Assembly (NCBI GenBank): GCA_904063045.1
Contig: CAJFCJ010000002.1
Location: forward strand, 372,001-436,000
Source of the DNA: Dimorphilus gyrociliatus
Taxonomy: Eukaryota; Animalia; Annelida
DNA: 64,000 nucleotides
Direction: 5' to 3'
Positions 38,936 through 50,269 of this stretch are shown here, one piece after another. The notes under the pieces are model-generated. The model ran no database searches, was not told the origin of the DNA, and was given only the letters and a program-made list of their open reading frames with translations. Every line of letters starts with the position of its first letter. Position 1 is the stretch's first letter. The position numbers were made by a program, and so were the translations under genes.

Positions 38936-39361
38936 ATGTCGAGTACTCTAAGACCAGTAACTGCCGTTCGAGCCCTCAAAAACGAATATGGAATAAAACT
39001 CCAAATCAGCGTTCGAGATGACAACTATTTTGTAGTTTGGTTTTTATTTGGTCTTTTATTTGTTGCTATAATTGTTATCCCCAGTATTAGTCACCTAATA
39101 GACATTTACAAGATAGGGAAACTTAAGAGGTGTAAACAGCTTAGAAAAGAGAGGATGGAGCGGGAAGCCGAAGAAGCTAGGCAATTAACTATTTCAAAAG
39201 ATCAAAGATTCGTTTTGCCACCAAATAATCGAATGGCTTATTATGGGCAAATGACGGCCGTAAATGTTCCACCTCCACGCCGAGGGAGTATCCAACAAAT
39301 GCAGAAAACGCGATTTATGCATGATGAAGCTTCTTTGGAACTCCAAACTCAGACTCCTTAA
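38936..39361 (+). CDS. Uncharacterised single-pass membrane protein (141 aa)
   Basis: ATG-initiated ORF with one strong TM segment (YFVVWFLFGLLFVAIIVIPSI) followed by a basic stop-transfer segment and a cytoplasmic tail. No family recognised. Confidence 0.6.
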   Translation: MSSTLRPVTAVRALKNEYGIKLQISVRDDNYFVVWFLFGLLFVAIIVIPSISHLIDIYKIGKLKRCKQLRKERMEREAEEARQLTISKDQRFVLPPNNRMAYYGQMTAVNVPPPRRGSIQQMQKTRFMHDEASLELQTQTP

Positions 39362-40568
39362 ATTAGATTGCCTGTAGTAGAAAAACGATGTTCGACTCTC
39401 GTAATAAATCAATTGCCTACTATAGTTATCATACTTTTCATTATGACACATCTTATTTTTCGATTTGTATTGATAGTGCTAATATAAATATGTAATACAT
39501 GCAAGTTGGTAAATGTTAGCTTATTTATAAGATGTCATTTACTTTGTGGGAACTCTCTACAAATTGACTGACATTTCTGTCGACTAACGAAAATGTTCCA
39601 AATGGTCGACTTAGTCACTAGTAAAACGTTGTCCTTTATATAGACTAAATCGGTTTCGCCACGAAAACTCGTGGGAAGGAATGGGGCGTCTCATTATTAT
39701 GAGTCCTGTCAAAAGAAAATCGTACTAGATGATGATGTCCAAATTTTATTACATTTGTTCTGATTTTATTGCCTTTTTTGAAATTCTTCGTGAACCTATT
39801 GAAAATCATTGCCCAATAACTTATTTGGCGCTATATTTTATTGAACTTGACAGCGGAAGTGAATAGGACTGATCCTTTGACTTTTCTTATTCAATACTTT
39901 GAAAAGCTGCCATCTACTGGAGACTGATTGTAAAATAAATTGATGGTTATGTGTATTTCCTCTAATCTTGTATTCGATTTGGCTTTTTACCCTTTCTGTA
40001 TCATTTAATACACTTAAAATATCATTGGACATTAGGTTTAGTCCTTTAGATGTAAATCTAAATAACTCTATTTGCGTTAGGAATTTCTCCCCCCTAAATT
40101 GTTTTTAAAATAGTGATTAGTGGGGAGAATAAATGCTTTTTTTTAATTTTATGGGGATTTTTCGCCTGCCTCTTGTATATTTTATTGTGAATAAGCCATT
40201 TTCAGTGAATAAGTACGAATCTGCTTCTATTAGATAATTTTGTGAGTTAGAAAGAAAGCTACTTGAGGGCATTATTAGAGTAAATTGCTGCATTTTTATG
40301 TAAGGAAAGAGTGGGAATGAAGTCATGAAGGAGAGAGAGAAAAATGAACGAAGAAAGAAAGAAAGAGATAGATGGAGTTTGGGATAGAGAGAGAGAGAAA
40401 TAGTGAAAATAATAAAAACGGCTGTTTTGTCGTACTTGGAAAGATATTTACTGTCAGGCTTAATGTAACTAGTAGGAATATAATACTCTTTGACTACTGA
40501 ACATATATTTCAGAGTATCTGTTTCAAGATAGGTCAAGACATAGTTATATATAGTCAATTTTGATTTT

Positions 40569-40612
40569 GTTGCTATGGAGACCAATTGCTGCGCATGCGT
40601 TGCTAGGGCAAA
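40569..40612 (+). promoter_or_regulatory. Tandem RFX X-boxes flanking CCAAT and NRF1 motifs
   Basis: GTTGCTATGGAGAC (40569-40582), TGCGCATGCG (40590-40599) and GTTGCTAGGGCAAA (40599-40612), lying 35-80 bp upstream of the NCS ATG. Confidence 0.6.
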
Positions 40613-40646
40613 AATTTCGAACGCTAGTGTCATTCAGTATTGAGAA

Positions 40647-43600
40647 ATGGGACGGGGCTCTAGTAAACTTTCAGCCGAACAGATAAAGGAATTAACGGAA
40701 ATTACTTATTGTAAGTATACAAAATCGAAAGAGAACAGATTCTAATTTTAGATATTATCCGCTTTTCGTTTAAGTATTACCGTAATGTTTTTTGACAGTT
40801 GATAAGAAAGAAGTACAACAATGGTACGTAAAAAAGAAAACGAATTATAAATATTTGTGTTCCTTCCTATGCTCATTAGACTAATTCTTCTGTGTATCTT
40901 AAATTTTTGTAGTTTATTTTCTTGACCTTTTATGATGGCTTGCTGTTTTTATTATATGTCAGCGGAAATATTTCCGAGTTGGCCAAAAAAAGCTTCACAA
41001 TATTGATTCATCGATCGGGTGGCTCGTCGTCTAAAAAACGCGATAAGAGACGTCTTTCCAAATCGAATTTGTACTAGATATAAACAGTGCAATTCAAAGG
41101 ATTACCCCCTATCTTCGATAAAGAAATAATATTTATTCGAATTAACAATCAAACAACAAAATATGATGAAAATATCTGTTTTTATTTTAAAACATATTTA
41201 TAAATAAAGCAGTAGGATTGAAGTTAAGATCGACTTTTTCCTCGTCAGAGATCTTTATCATTTTCTGAGAAAGTCGCTACTACTCTAGAAAGGCTACTGT
41301 TGTTTTCTCAATTTTGGAGTAAGATTTTAGAGAAATCTATTATCTTAAATTAACGACTATAGATATCTCCGGTTCCTTTTTCCTTTCACATTAATTCTTT
41401 AGTTTTTCGTCTTCTTTATTTTACTGTTGAATGTAGTCACCTCACCTTCTTAATGATCAAACAAAATACAGTTATTATTTAAGAAACTTAATTAGATCAA
41501 AAAAGATAATTTTTTTGAAAGTTTGTCTTGTAATCTTCTGTATTTATGTTATTAATAAATAAAAGATCTCGGGGCAATTTTTAGAATTCGTACTCAAGTT
41601 TTACTAGCATCAATATATTAGTATTTTCGACCTGTAAGCTTAATTGTTCTTTTGCACGGCATTAGAAAATTTTCCTCCATCCAATGTACTGATAGAAGAT
41701 TAAATTATCCTATAAATATTCTTTTATTTAGCCATGAGTAAGGAGAAATTGAACGATGACTCTTCATTTCATCTATTTACTATTATTTACTCCTTTGAGT
41801 GGTATGAGTTCATTTATAGGGGTGACACGTTACGTTGAAGAAAGACTGAAAAGAGTTTCTTTTAGTTAGGAAAGACTGACTTTGAGATAAGATTTGTTAG
41901 GGATACTGAAGAATTGGGATTGATTTCGAGAGTAAACCTCGTGTTTGTCATCTTCTGCTTGTGGTATTATTGACGAAAATGATTGATCCGAACAGAACAC
42001 AAGAAAGAGAAAAACAAATTACCGTTAACCTCTAGTTCTCATTTTGTCTTATTCTCTTCGACTCAACTTACTTGACAGTGTAGAGAATGTTTAATTTTAG
42101 ATAACCCCGTCAAGGGAACAGCAAAGAAAACAGGGTGGAAATCTATATTTAGCTTTCATTAATATTCATAATGCAGAACAAAGTCCCGTTCGTTAATATT
42201 CGGGTGGTTAATTGGAAATTACTTGCATCGAAGATTCGAATTTTGATATGCAAATATTTTTGGTAAATTTTGAAAAAAATTTTCTCTTTCAGGCATAAAG
42301 ACTTCCTGAAAGACTGTCCAAACGGAGCCCTTAGAAGAGATCAATTTGAGGCTATCTATCAACAATTTTTTCCGCACGGTGATCCTTCTAAATTCGCTTT
42401 AGCTGTTTTCAATGTTTTCGATCAAAATAAAGACGGCGTCATCGAATTTAAAGAATTCCTTCACGCCTTAAGCATTACTTCAAGGGGTAATTTAGACGAA
42501 AAGTTAGATTGGGCGTTTAGTTTGTATGATTTGGACGATGATGGCTATATCGATCGGATGGAGATGATAAGTGTGGTGGAAGCAATACATGCAATGGTTG
42601 GATCTTTCCTTCAATTACCCGATGACGAAGATTCGCCTAGGAAGAGGGTCGATAAAATCTTTGACCAAATGGATACGGTAGGGTTTTTAAGTTTTTTTTT
42701 TACTTAAATCACGTTTGGTATAGTATATACGTCACGCTAACCAGACGTTTGAATCATGCTTGAGAGTTTTGAAGTAGCTTTTAAGGAACCAAAGCAAAAA
42801 ATAATTAAGAAAGGAAAAGGAAAAAAAATGGTACCACTGTATATCCCTATATATACATTTTAACATGTTGATTAACACGTGGCTTTCTAATATCTAATAC
42901 AGATTAAAATGACAAAATCTGCTGATAGATATAACTGAATAAATAATGATACATAAATGACAAACTAAAATCATTACAATCTATCATTTCACCCTTCTCG
43001 ATCTTTTCTATTTATGAGAAGAAAAACATTCGGACAGCTAAAATAAATGCCAGCTATCTCATTTGGTTTGCCTAAATCATGTTGATTTACATTTACAAAG
43101 CTCGCAGCTAATAAAATAAGAAATAAACAACAAACTAGAAAGATTTTTTTTGCCAAGTAGTTCTTATGCACGTCAGGAAATGACGAATATAAAAAAAAAG
43201 ATTGACAAACATCGGAAAAACGTCAGCAAAAGTTATAGAGTGAGATATGAATGAAAACAAAAAAAACAAGCCTTTTGATAATTGAACATATAACACTACT
43301 ACTTAAGAGTAACTCCATTGGGATATTTCATTATACTCGGGGTTTGTTAACTGAGCCCAGTGAAAAACAACAATAAACCCAATCAGGATTATGCTTCTTT
43401 CCATATTTATCTTATTTAACATACTAAAGATCAGGGATGAAACTATAAAAGGAGGAAGGAAATATACTCAACGGAAGGCAAAAATTGCCTTGCTGTGGAG
43501 ATAATCCATAGATTACAATCCAATTTCACAAACATGCCAATCTCAATAAAAAAAATCTCATCAGGCTCACTCCGAGTTTGCCCGTAAAATTCTTACAACT

Positions 43601-44832
43601 GAATAGATAAAAAGAAATATCCTTGTAATTGAATAGTCTCTTTCCAAAAGACGTTTTCCTAATCAACTTTCTACAAACGACCTCAAGGGATATAGGTGGG
43701 AAGAATGAATAGCTAGGGAGGAGAAGGATTGTTAGGCTACAAGACCTCGAAAGCAATATTGCAAGAAAAGATTGAAAAGGACGCCATTTTTAAGAAGATT
43801 CTGTATTTTTATACATGAATGCATCCTACTTAAGCAAAATAGACAGGATAATTGTATAAATAGAATAAGCCTAATGCACACCTTGAAGCGGAATACTCTA
43901 AAAATAAGCCTAATGAACCCAAAAGAATAATTTCCACTTTTTATTCATATTAAAGAAAAGGTTTCGTTTAGAGCCTTACGTTTTCTATTATTTCAAGTTG
44001 AAGCCTTTTTATTTTTATATACAAGAAAATAGTAAAAATTACTTAACCTATAGAGGAAACTGGATAGTTGTTAAAAAAAGAGGAAGGCAGGAATGTTTAT
44101 TTTTGAATTTCAGTGTTCTTAAATTTGGATAGAAAGAGTGAAAAATAAAACTTGTATAGTTTACTTATATTCTAATACGAACATAAATTTGAATTGAAAC
44201 TTCGTTATATGATTACAGAGGTCTAAAATAAATGATAATGATAACATGAAAGAATAAGGAAAAGAGGGATGTATTTCATTTAGAAGAAGGATAAAGAAAT
44301 TAGGAAAAGAAAAAAGCATATTGCTTGTAGACCACAGGCTAAATCAGACTCTAACGAAGTTGTACTAAGATTGCATACAACCATTAATAGCAGAAACAAC
44401 CGTCATGTTTGTCTACTAAATACGAAGACACTAAGTTTTTTGTATCACAATTATAGGGAAATATTGAAAGAACTCAGAAACTCAGACAACCATGTAGATT
44501 CATTTTTCTACCCGGTTGGAAACTATGTTTGGTGTACCATTTCCTAAATATAGGATGTTTAGAAAAGAAACGTGCACAAATCTGTGAAAAGTTTACTCTT
44601 ACATTTAGAAAGAAAATTGGATAAGTATTGTTTTTTTTTGACACAGAATAGAGATGGTAAACTAACAAAAGATGAATTCCGAATTGGCTCTAAATGTGAT
44701 TCGTGGATTGTAAACGCTCTTAGTATGCAGCTCTCGCCATATCAACCTGCCCCATCTGCCGGCCAGCTTTTGGCACCAAAGTTACAAGCCGAAGTCGCTA
44801 GACAAACCAAAAAATCAAAGAATCGAAAATAG
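40647..44832 (+). CDS. Neuronal calcium sensor (NCS-1/frequenin family), 4 exons: 40647-40710, 40799-40823, 42293-42677, 44647-44832; 219 aa
   Basis: MGRGSSKL myristoylation start, a 25-nt exon [13 protein letters not shown] in EF1, and EF loops [24 protein letters not shown] and [12 protein letters not shown]. Confidence 0.93.
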
Positions 44833-45309
44833 AGTTCATTTTATATGGATATACAATGTGTATATGAATGCTAAAGTAAATACGCATTGTATACAAAAAG
44901 CTTAACTGATTTGAATACTCGAAAAGTTTTATCTTTTATCATGAATCTCCCCTGCATAAATTATCATGACTGAAATATGCATAAAATAACTTGAAATCTC
45001 GTTTTTCCTCCATGCTAAAAGAAAAATTTATGAGAATACAAGTTATCATAAGTGATCATACGATATATTTATTCAATCGTTGAATTTATGCTAAGTCGAA
45101 ATAAATTGGCTTTTAGTTGAATTTTCCCCATTTTCTAATAAACGTACAATTTTTGATAATTTCATCTCGTTTTTCTTGAACGTATTAGAATTTATAATAT
45201 GAATCTTCTTCTTGATTGATTTTTCGAGTAAAATCTACTTAATTGAGTAATAATTAATAATTTATGAACGCCGTTCAATACAGCGCATAGTCCACATACT
45301 GCATTCAAA

Positions 45310-46175
45310 ATGGCGGAAGAAGAGACGCTTTTGCGACAAAGATATTCACACGATACGGATCCAGATTGGGATCCTAATCTACCCTATGGTGGAAAAGTTT
45401 ACTTGGCTAGGAGGAAGAAACCTGATCCAATATGGGTAAAAATTGTCGAGGTTAATATTTATATACAGAACGTTTATTGAAGGGAAAGAAAATACCATTC
45501 CTTATAATCAATAACCTTTCTATAACGACAATTTCGTTTTACTCATGTACAGGCTGTAGCTTTGATAGGAACCATTGTATTCGCCATATACGCTTATTAT
45601 TACTTTGATCACTTGCACTTTCATGTTACTCATGGGTATGCGCACCTCGGCTATTCAGCGGCTCAACACCAAGTCGGTCAAAGATACTTACATGGAAAGG
45701 GAGTTGAAAAGAATCCTCACAAGGCTATGGAATGGTTTGAGTGAGTATTCTTTCAGCGCGTTTATTAAAATATTATAATATATAGAATATTCTTTTTTTC
45801 GGTTATGAGACTATAAATGAAAATCCTTCGTGTTACAAATGAATGATAGGAAAGCGAGAGCTATATAAAAGTTTATTCGATGAAATTACCTAAACAGAGT
45901 TTTTCCTTTGCAGGAAATCCGCTAAGCAAGGTCACCCACATGCAGCTTACAATGTAGCTGTTGGACATTTACAAGGCATAAGAAGAGATTTATTGAAACC
46001 AGGGTAAATACTTAAAGGGATACTAATATTTTCTCTTCAGGCTGTAATTAGCTTTTTAAATCGTCTCTTTATTAGGGAAGCCCACGAATATATTAAACAT
46101 GCTGCAAGGAATGGGGTTAACGAAGCTAATCGAGCTTTAACCGACGTTTGCGAAAGAGGCGGATGTGAAAATTGA
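45310..46175 (+). CDS. Small Sel1-like-repeat membrane protein (4 exons)
   Basis: MAEEETLL...WVKIVE|AVALIGTIVFAIYAYYY (TM)...AQHQVGQRYLHGKGVEKNPHKAMEWFE|KSAKQGHPHAAYNVAVGHLQG...|EAHEYIKHAARNGVNEA; Sel1-type consensus. Confidence 0.85.
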
Positions 46176-49126
46176 ATCGTACTATACACTTATTCACTTT
46201 TTCGATTTAGCTCTCTAAACCTATTCACAAATTGATCTTTCTCGTTTCTACACAAAGTCACATAAACTATTTAATGAAGTAATTGCTGGTGCCATCTTTG
46301 GGCCTGAATTATCATAACGTCTAAATCCTGCAAACTAACAAGCAAACATTAGAATAGCGAACAATGTAAGAAGAGGCGATGTCAGTATTGCCATCTACAG
46401 TAGTAAATGTTGACCTTGTCAGTTTGAGAACCGTGTATTTCATGTTGTTTGTCTTTTTTGAGTCTTCTTGAAAATCGAAGTCACAAAGTGCTTAAAAAAC
46501 GAATATACAGTTTATATACAAACGAATAAATAACATATTCACAATTATCAATTGATAAAGTGTTATTTTAAATGCTTACGTATAAAAAAAACAGTAAAAT
46601 ATAGTTTATTCGCTTTCTTTAGGATAGATTTACGTAGCAAAGTAAACTATACGAGTACAGATATTTAAGGATTAGTTACTTTTTTGTAATTTTATTCGGT
46701 GATTTAACCAAATGAAAAAAGAGTAAAAAATAAAACCTTTTCTGTTTTGTTCCAATTTGTTCCCCAACGATTTCTTATTTAGTGAAAGACACGTTCTAAA
46801 ACATCAAACAAATTATAAAACATTAATTTATTTGCTAGAATAAATGAGAAATTCAACTTATTTATTAGAATTTCTGTTGTTTTCCAAAAGTGTATTCTTT
46901 TTGTTTCGTTTCTTTAATTATTAACTAATTGCATGTATTTAAACGAATCTTTCATATAGTGATATATTAGTATAGATGTATATAAATATATCAAACTTAA
47001 GGGTCTATATTCAAAAGTCATTAGTCCGCTTTTGTTTATTATATTCAATACTTGGCATGATCATAAGTTTTGATTATAATAGTAAACAAGTCTAAAGAAA
47101 CACATGACAATACTAAAAATTCACATGGTTCCCATGTGGTTTAATATTTCTATATGTCAGTTTTATGAATTTTATTTTTCAAATGGTGCTTTCATTAAGT
47201 TTTTAAATGAATTTCATTGCTTATAAACTTTCAGACCATTTTTTTTCCATAAAATCCTATACGTTTTAAAGAAAAATAGATTTTCTTAAGTCAATACATC
47301 AGAGTAATTATTAAAATACAATTTATATATATGTATATACTGAATATACAGCATAATGTCTATATTACACATACATCATATGACTTTTAATAAATTTAAA
47401 GAAAATTTTCCATCTGCTGTCCGTGAAATTATTAAGCTTTAAAATGATACGCACAGGTGATCAATTTAGCTAAGACATCAAGAATAAAAATTTGTGTTCT
47501 TTGATATAATTATTTACAGTTTGTTTTTTTTCTAGGTATCGTTAATAGGATATTTATACTCGACTGAAGAAAAACTAGGTAGAAGTTTTTTTCTTTTTTT
47601 TTTTCATGCTTTTATCTTTAAGTCCTATATTTTACGATATTTTTTTCTTTTCTTTTAAACTGGATATTTTATATGAGCTGTAAATAATAACTCATTGACG
47701 TTAGATTCGGTATAAGAATCACCACTTGAAAAATGGTATTACTATAAAAAATACAAGTAGAAAATATTCGATTATAGTCAAAGAAAAAAAAACGAACTAG
47801 TTTTTTTAACTCATAAAATAATCTTTGTTTTATTTACTAGAAGGCATAAACTGACAAGCCGTAAATCACAAGAGAAAATAAGAGATTTTGAAAATAAAAG
47901 GTAAATAAGGAAGAGCTTCCTCTGCTTGGTATTTATTGAAAAGTATCAAATATCGATAAAGAGGGGGAGTGAAGAGGCCTAAATAGTTTATAACTAATTT
48001 TACTTTAATACAGTATAAGTATTAAAGCTTTCATTATATATACATATTGTTATACATTTCCATAATCTTTTTTTCGATAGCGTTCTCTCATTCTATACAC
48101 ACTGTACTATTTGTAGTATATTATCTATTTCAACTATTCAGAATCTGCATGTAGACTCAAACCTTTAAAATTTCTTATTATATTCAAAAGTACTTATAAT
48201 TATAATCCCAACAATAAGACAAACAGCTTGTTTTTAAGAGAGATGGTGGAAACCATACAATAGATGCTAAAGCGATGTTTCTTTTACCGCAAAGTTAAAA
48301 TGAGATGTATATATATATTCTTAATTTTGGTATAACTGGTTTTTTTTGCCCTCTAAACATTCTGTCACATTTTGATTTTCTTTTACAATTCGAAAAGAAG
48401 ATAAAAAGAAAATTTAAGAAGATGATTAACTTTGAATACGTTTATATATTTTGTCTTTCTATCACTCTCTTCTTCCCATAATCAACTTAATGATAACAGC
48501 TTGACTAAAGAAATTCGTAAAAATGAAGAAGAAAAAGATTGAGATATATATATATATATATATTCCACTGTATATTAATAAAAATATCGGATAAAGCGTA
48601 AATAGTAATTAGAAAATAAAATTAAGAAAGATAAAGAGGAAACAAAAAATAGTCAGGAGAAAATTTTTCTCAGAATTATGCTTTCATTATTCCTCAAATA
48701 AATCATTTAGCTTAAAAGCTTTGAGGAAGTAAATCTATATCGCTTTATTCTTTTAAAAATTGTATAAAATATATTATCATAAGTATGAAGTGAGCGGAAC
48801 GATTTCTATAATGAATTTTAATGATTCCAAACTTTGTTTGATTTGGTTGCAGATATAACAAAATATATTTATTTACTACGGTACGTGCACTTGAAAACTA
48901 AATATAATAAACGTAATAATTATACGTTATACTTATAAATAGTTTTGATAAAGGAAATTACTACCATATTTATTGGTTGCGTCATAAATTGAAACATCTA
49001 TAAACTAAAGAGTTATGTATATTTAAATAATTTTTCTATTGAACTAAAGATTATTAAGTTAATAAGATACATATCTACGCATTTAGTAGAATGATGACTG
49101 AGAAACGAACATTCTCTTCTTTTATT

Positions 49127-50269
49127 TTAATAGCAAAATCTGCTAAGAATATCCAGTGAACATTGGGTTGGGTCTATACAGCATCTATTTTGTAAAGCTC
49201 CCAGGTGTTCCTTTTTCGCAACTGTCATCATTGGCATTTCCTCAGCAAGAGGAGGTTGAAAGAGTTTACCGCGTTTGACTGTAGATTTAAAAAAGAAATT
49301 AATTAATTTATTAAGTAAACAAGAAATTTAATTCTTTCATATAGACAAAACTCAAGACATATATATATATATATATATATATTCACTTGGTAAATTAAAT
49401 AGCTTTTATTGTCAAACCATCAAGAAAAAAAAGTTGAAATTTAACCAAAAGTTAAGAGAAATGTTATGTGTTTTCATGTTTATCTTCTATTAATTCAAAT
49501 TAATTAGATCCTCTGTAAGTTATAATTATCCTTGCAAAGACCTTGTTTTTCTAGAGAGAGAGAAAGAGAGACAGAGTTTCTATTTTTTTAGATTTATATA
49601 ATTTATTAGCAAATAGTGCTATTTTATGAAGCAGAACATTAATTTTTGTTTAGCTTCTACTATACTATAAATGATATCCAAATACTTAATTTACATGAAT
49701 TTCTAATGAATTCGCAAAAAACATGACGATTTTAAAAAGTCTGAAACGTATTTAACCACTAAGCAGATTTTGAATATGTACAGTATATATATTTATAGCC
49801 ATATAGGCATATTAAATTAATTTTGACTTGTAAAATATCCATTCATCAAATAAAAGGTAATCTTAGATTATAGACCATAGTTAAGTTGTTTAGATAAACA
49901 ATTTATAAAAAGTGTATACAATGTAGATAGTTTGTAAAATATGAAGTTTTCAAATTGTAAAAGTACTGATACAAAAACATATTTAGGATTTGTTTGTTTT
50001 TTTTAGATATTAATTAATATTTATATAATGCTAAAAATTATTCTACTATATAGGAGTAAGACCAATTGAACAAATCATAATTTTACGGGCCAAATACATT
50101 AACAGACATCAAGGAAAATTGACTTACGAAATCCGTCTATGCCTCTTTTTCTCATGGAACAAGCCAAATGATATTGCCTTTGAAAGTTCCTTCCACAATA
50201 ATCAGTTTGGCACGGCGGAAATATTGAAGAATTCAAAAGGAGAAAAAATATTACTGTTAAAGCGATCAT
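49127..50269 (-). CDS. Insulin/relaxin-like prepropeptide (97 aa; exons 50269-50128, 49278-49127)
   Basis: MIALTVIFFLLLNSSIFPPCQT-DYCGRNFQRQYHLACSM-RKR-GIDGFL-KR-GKLFQPPLAEEMPMMTVA-KK-EHLGALQNRCCIDPTQCSLDILSRFCY*. Six-Cys framework with a phase-1 GT-AG intron in the C-peptide. Confidence 0.9.

Noticed and set aside
39545-39677. Two CSL/Su(H)-like sites (TGTGGGAA, CGTGGGAA)
   Set aside because: They are not in the paired SPS geometry and there is no obvious Notch target nearby; plausible by chance.
47122-47138. Palindrome CACATGG-TTC-CCATGTG
   Set aside because: A 7-bp stem is within chance expectation and is isolated.
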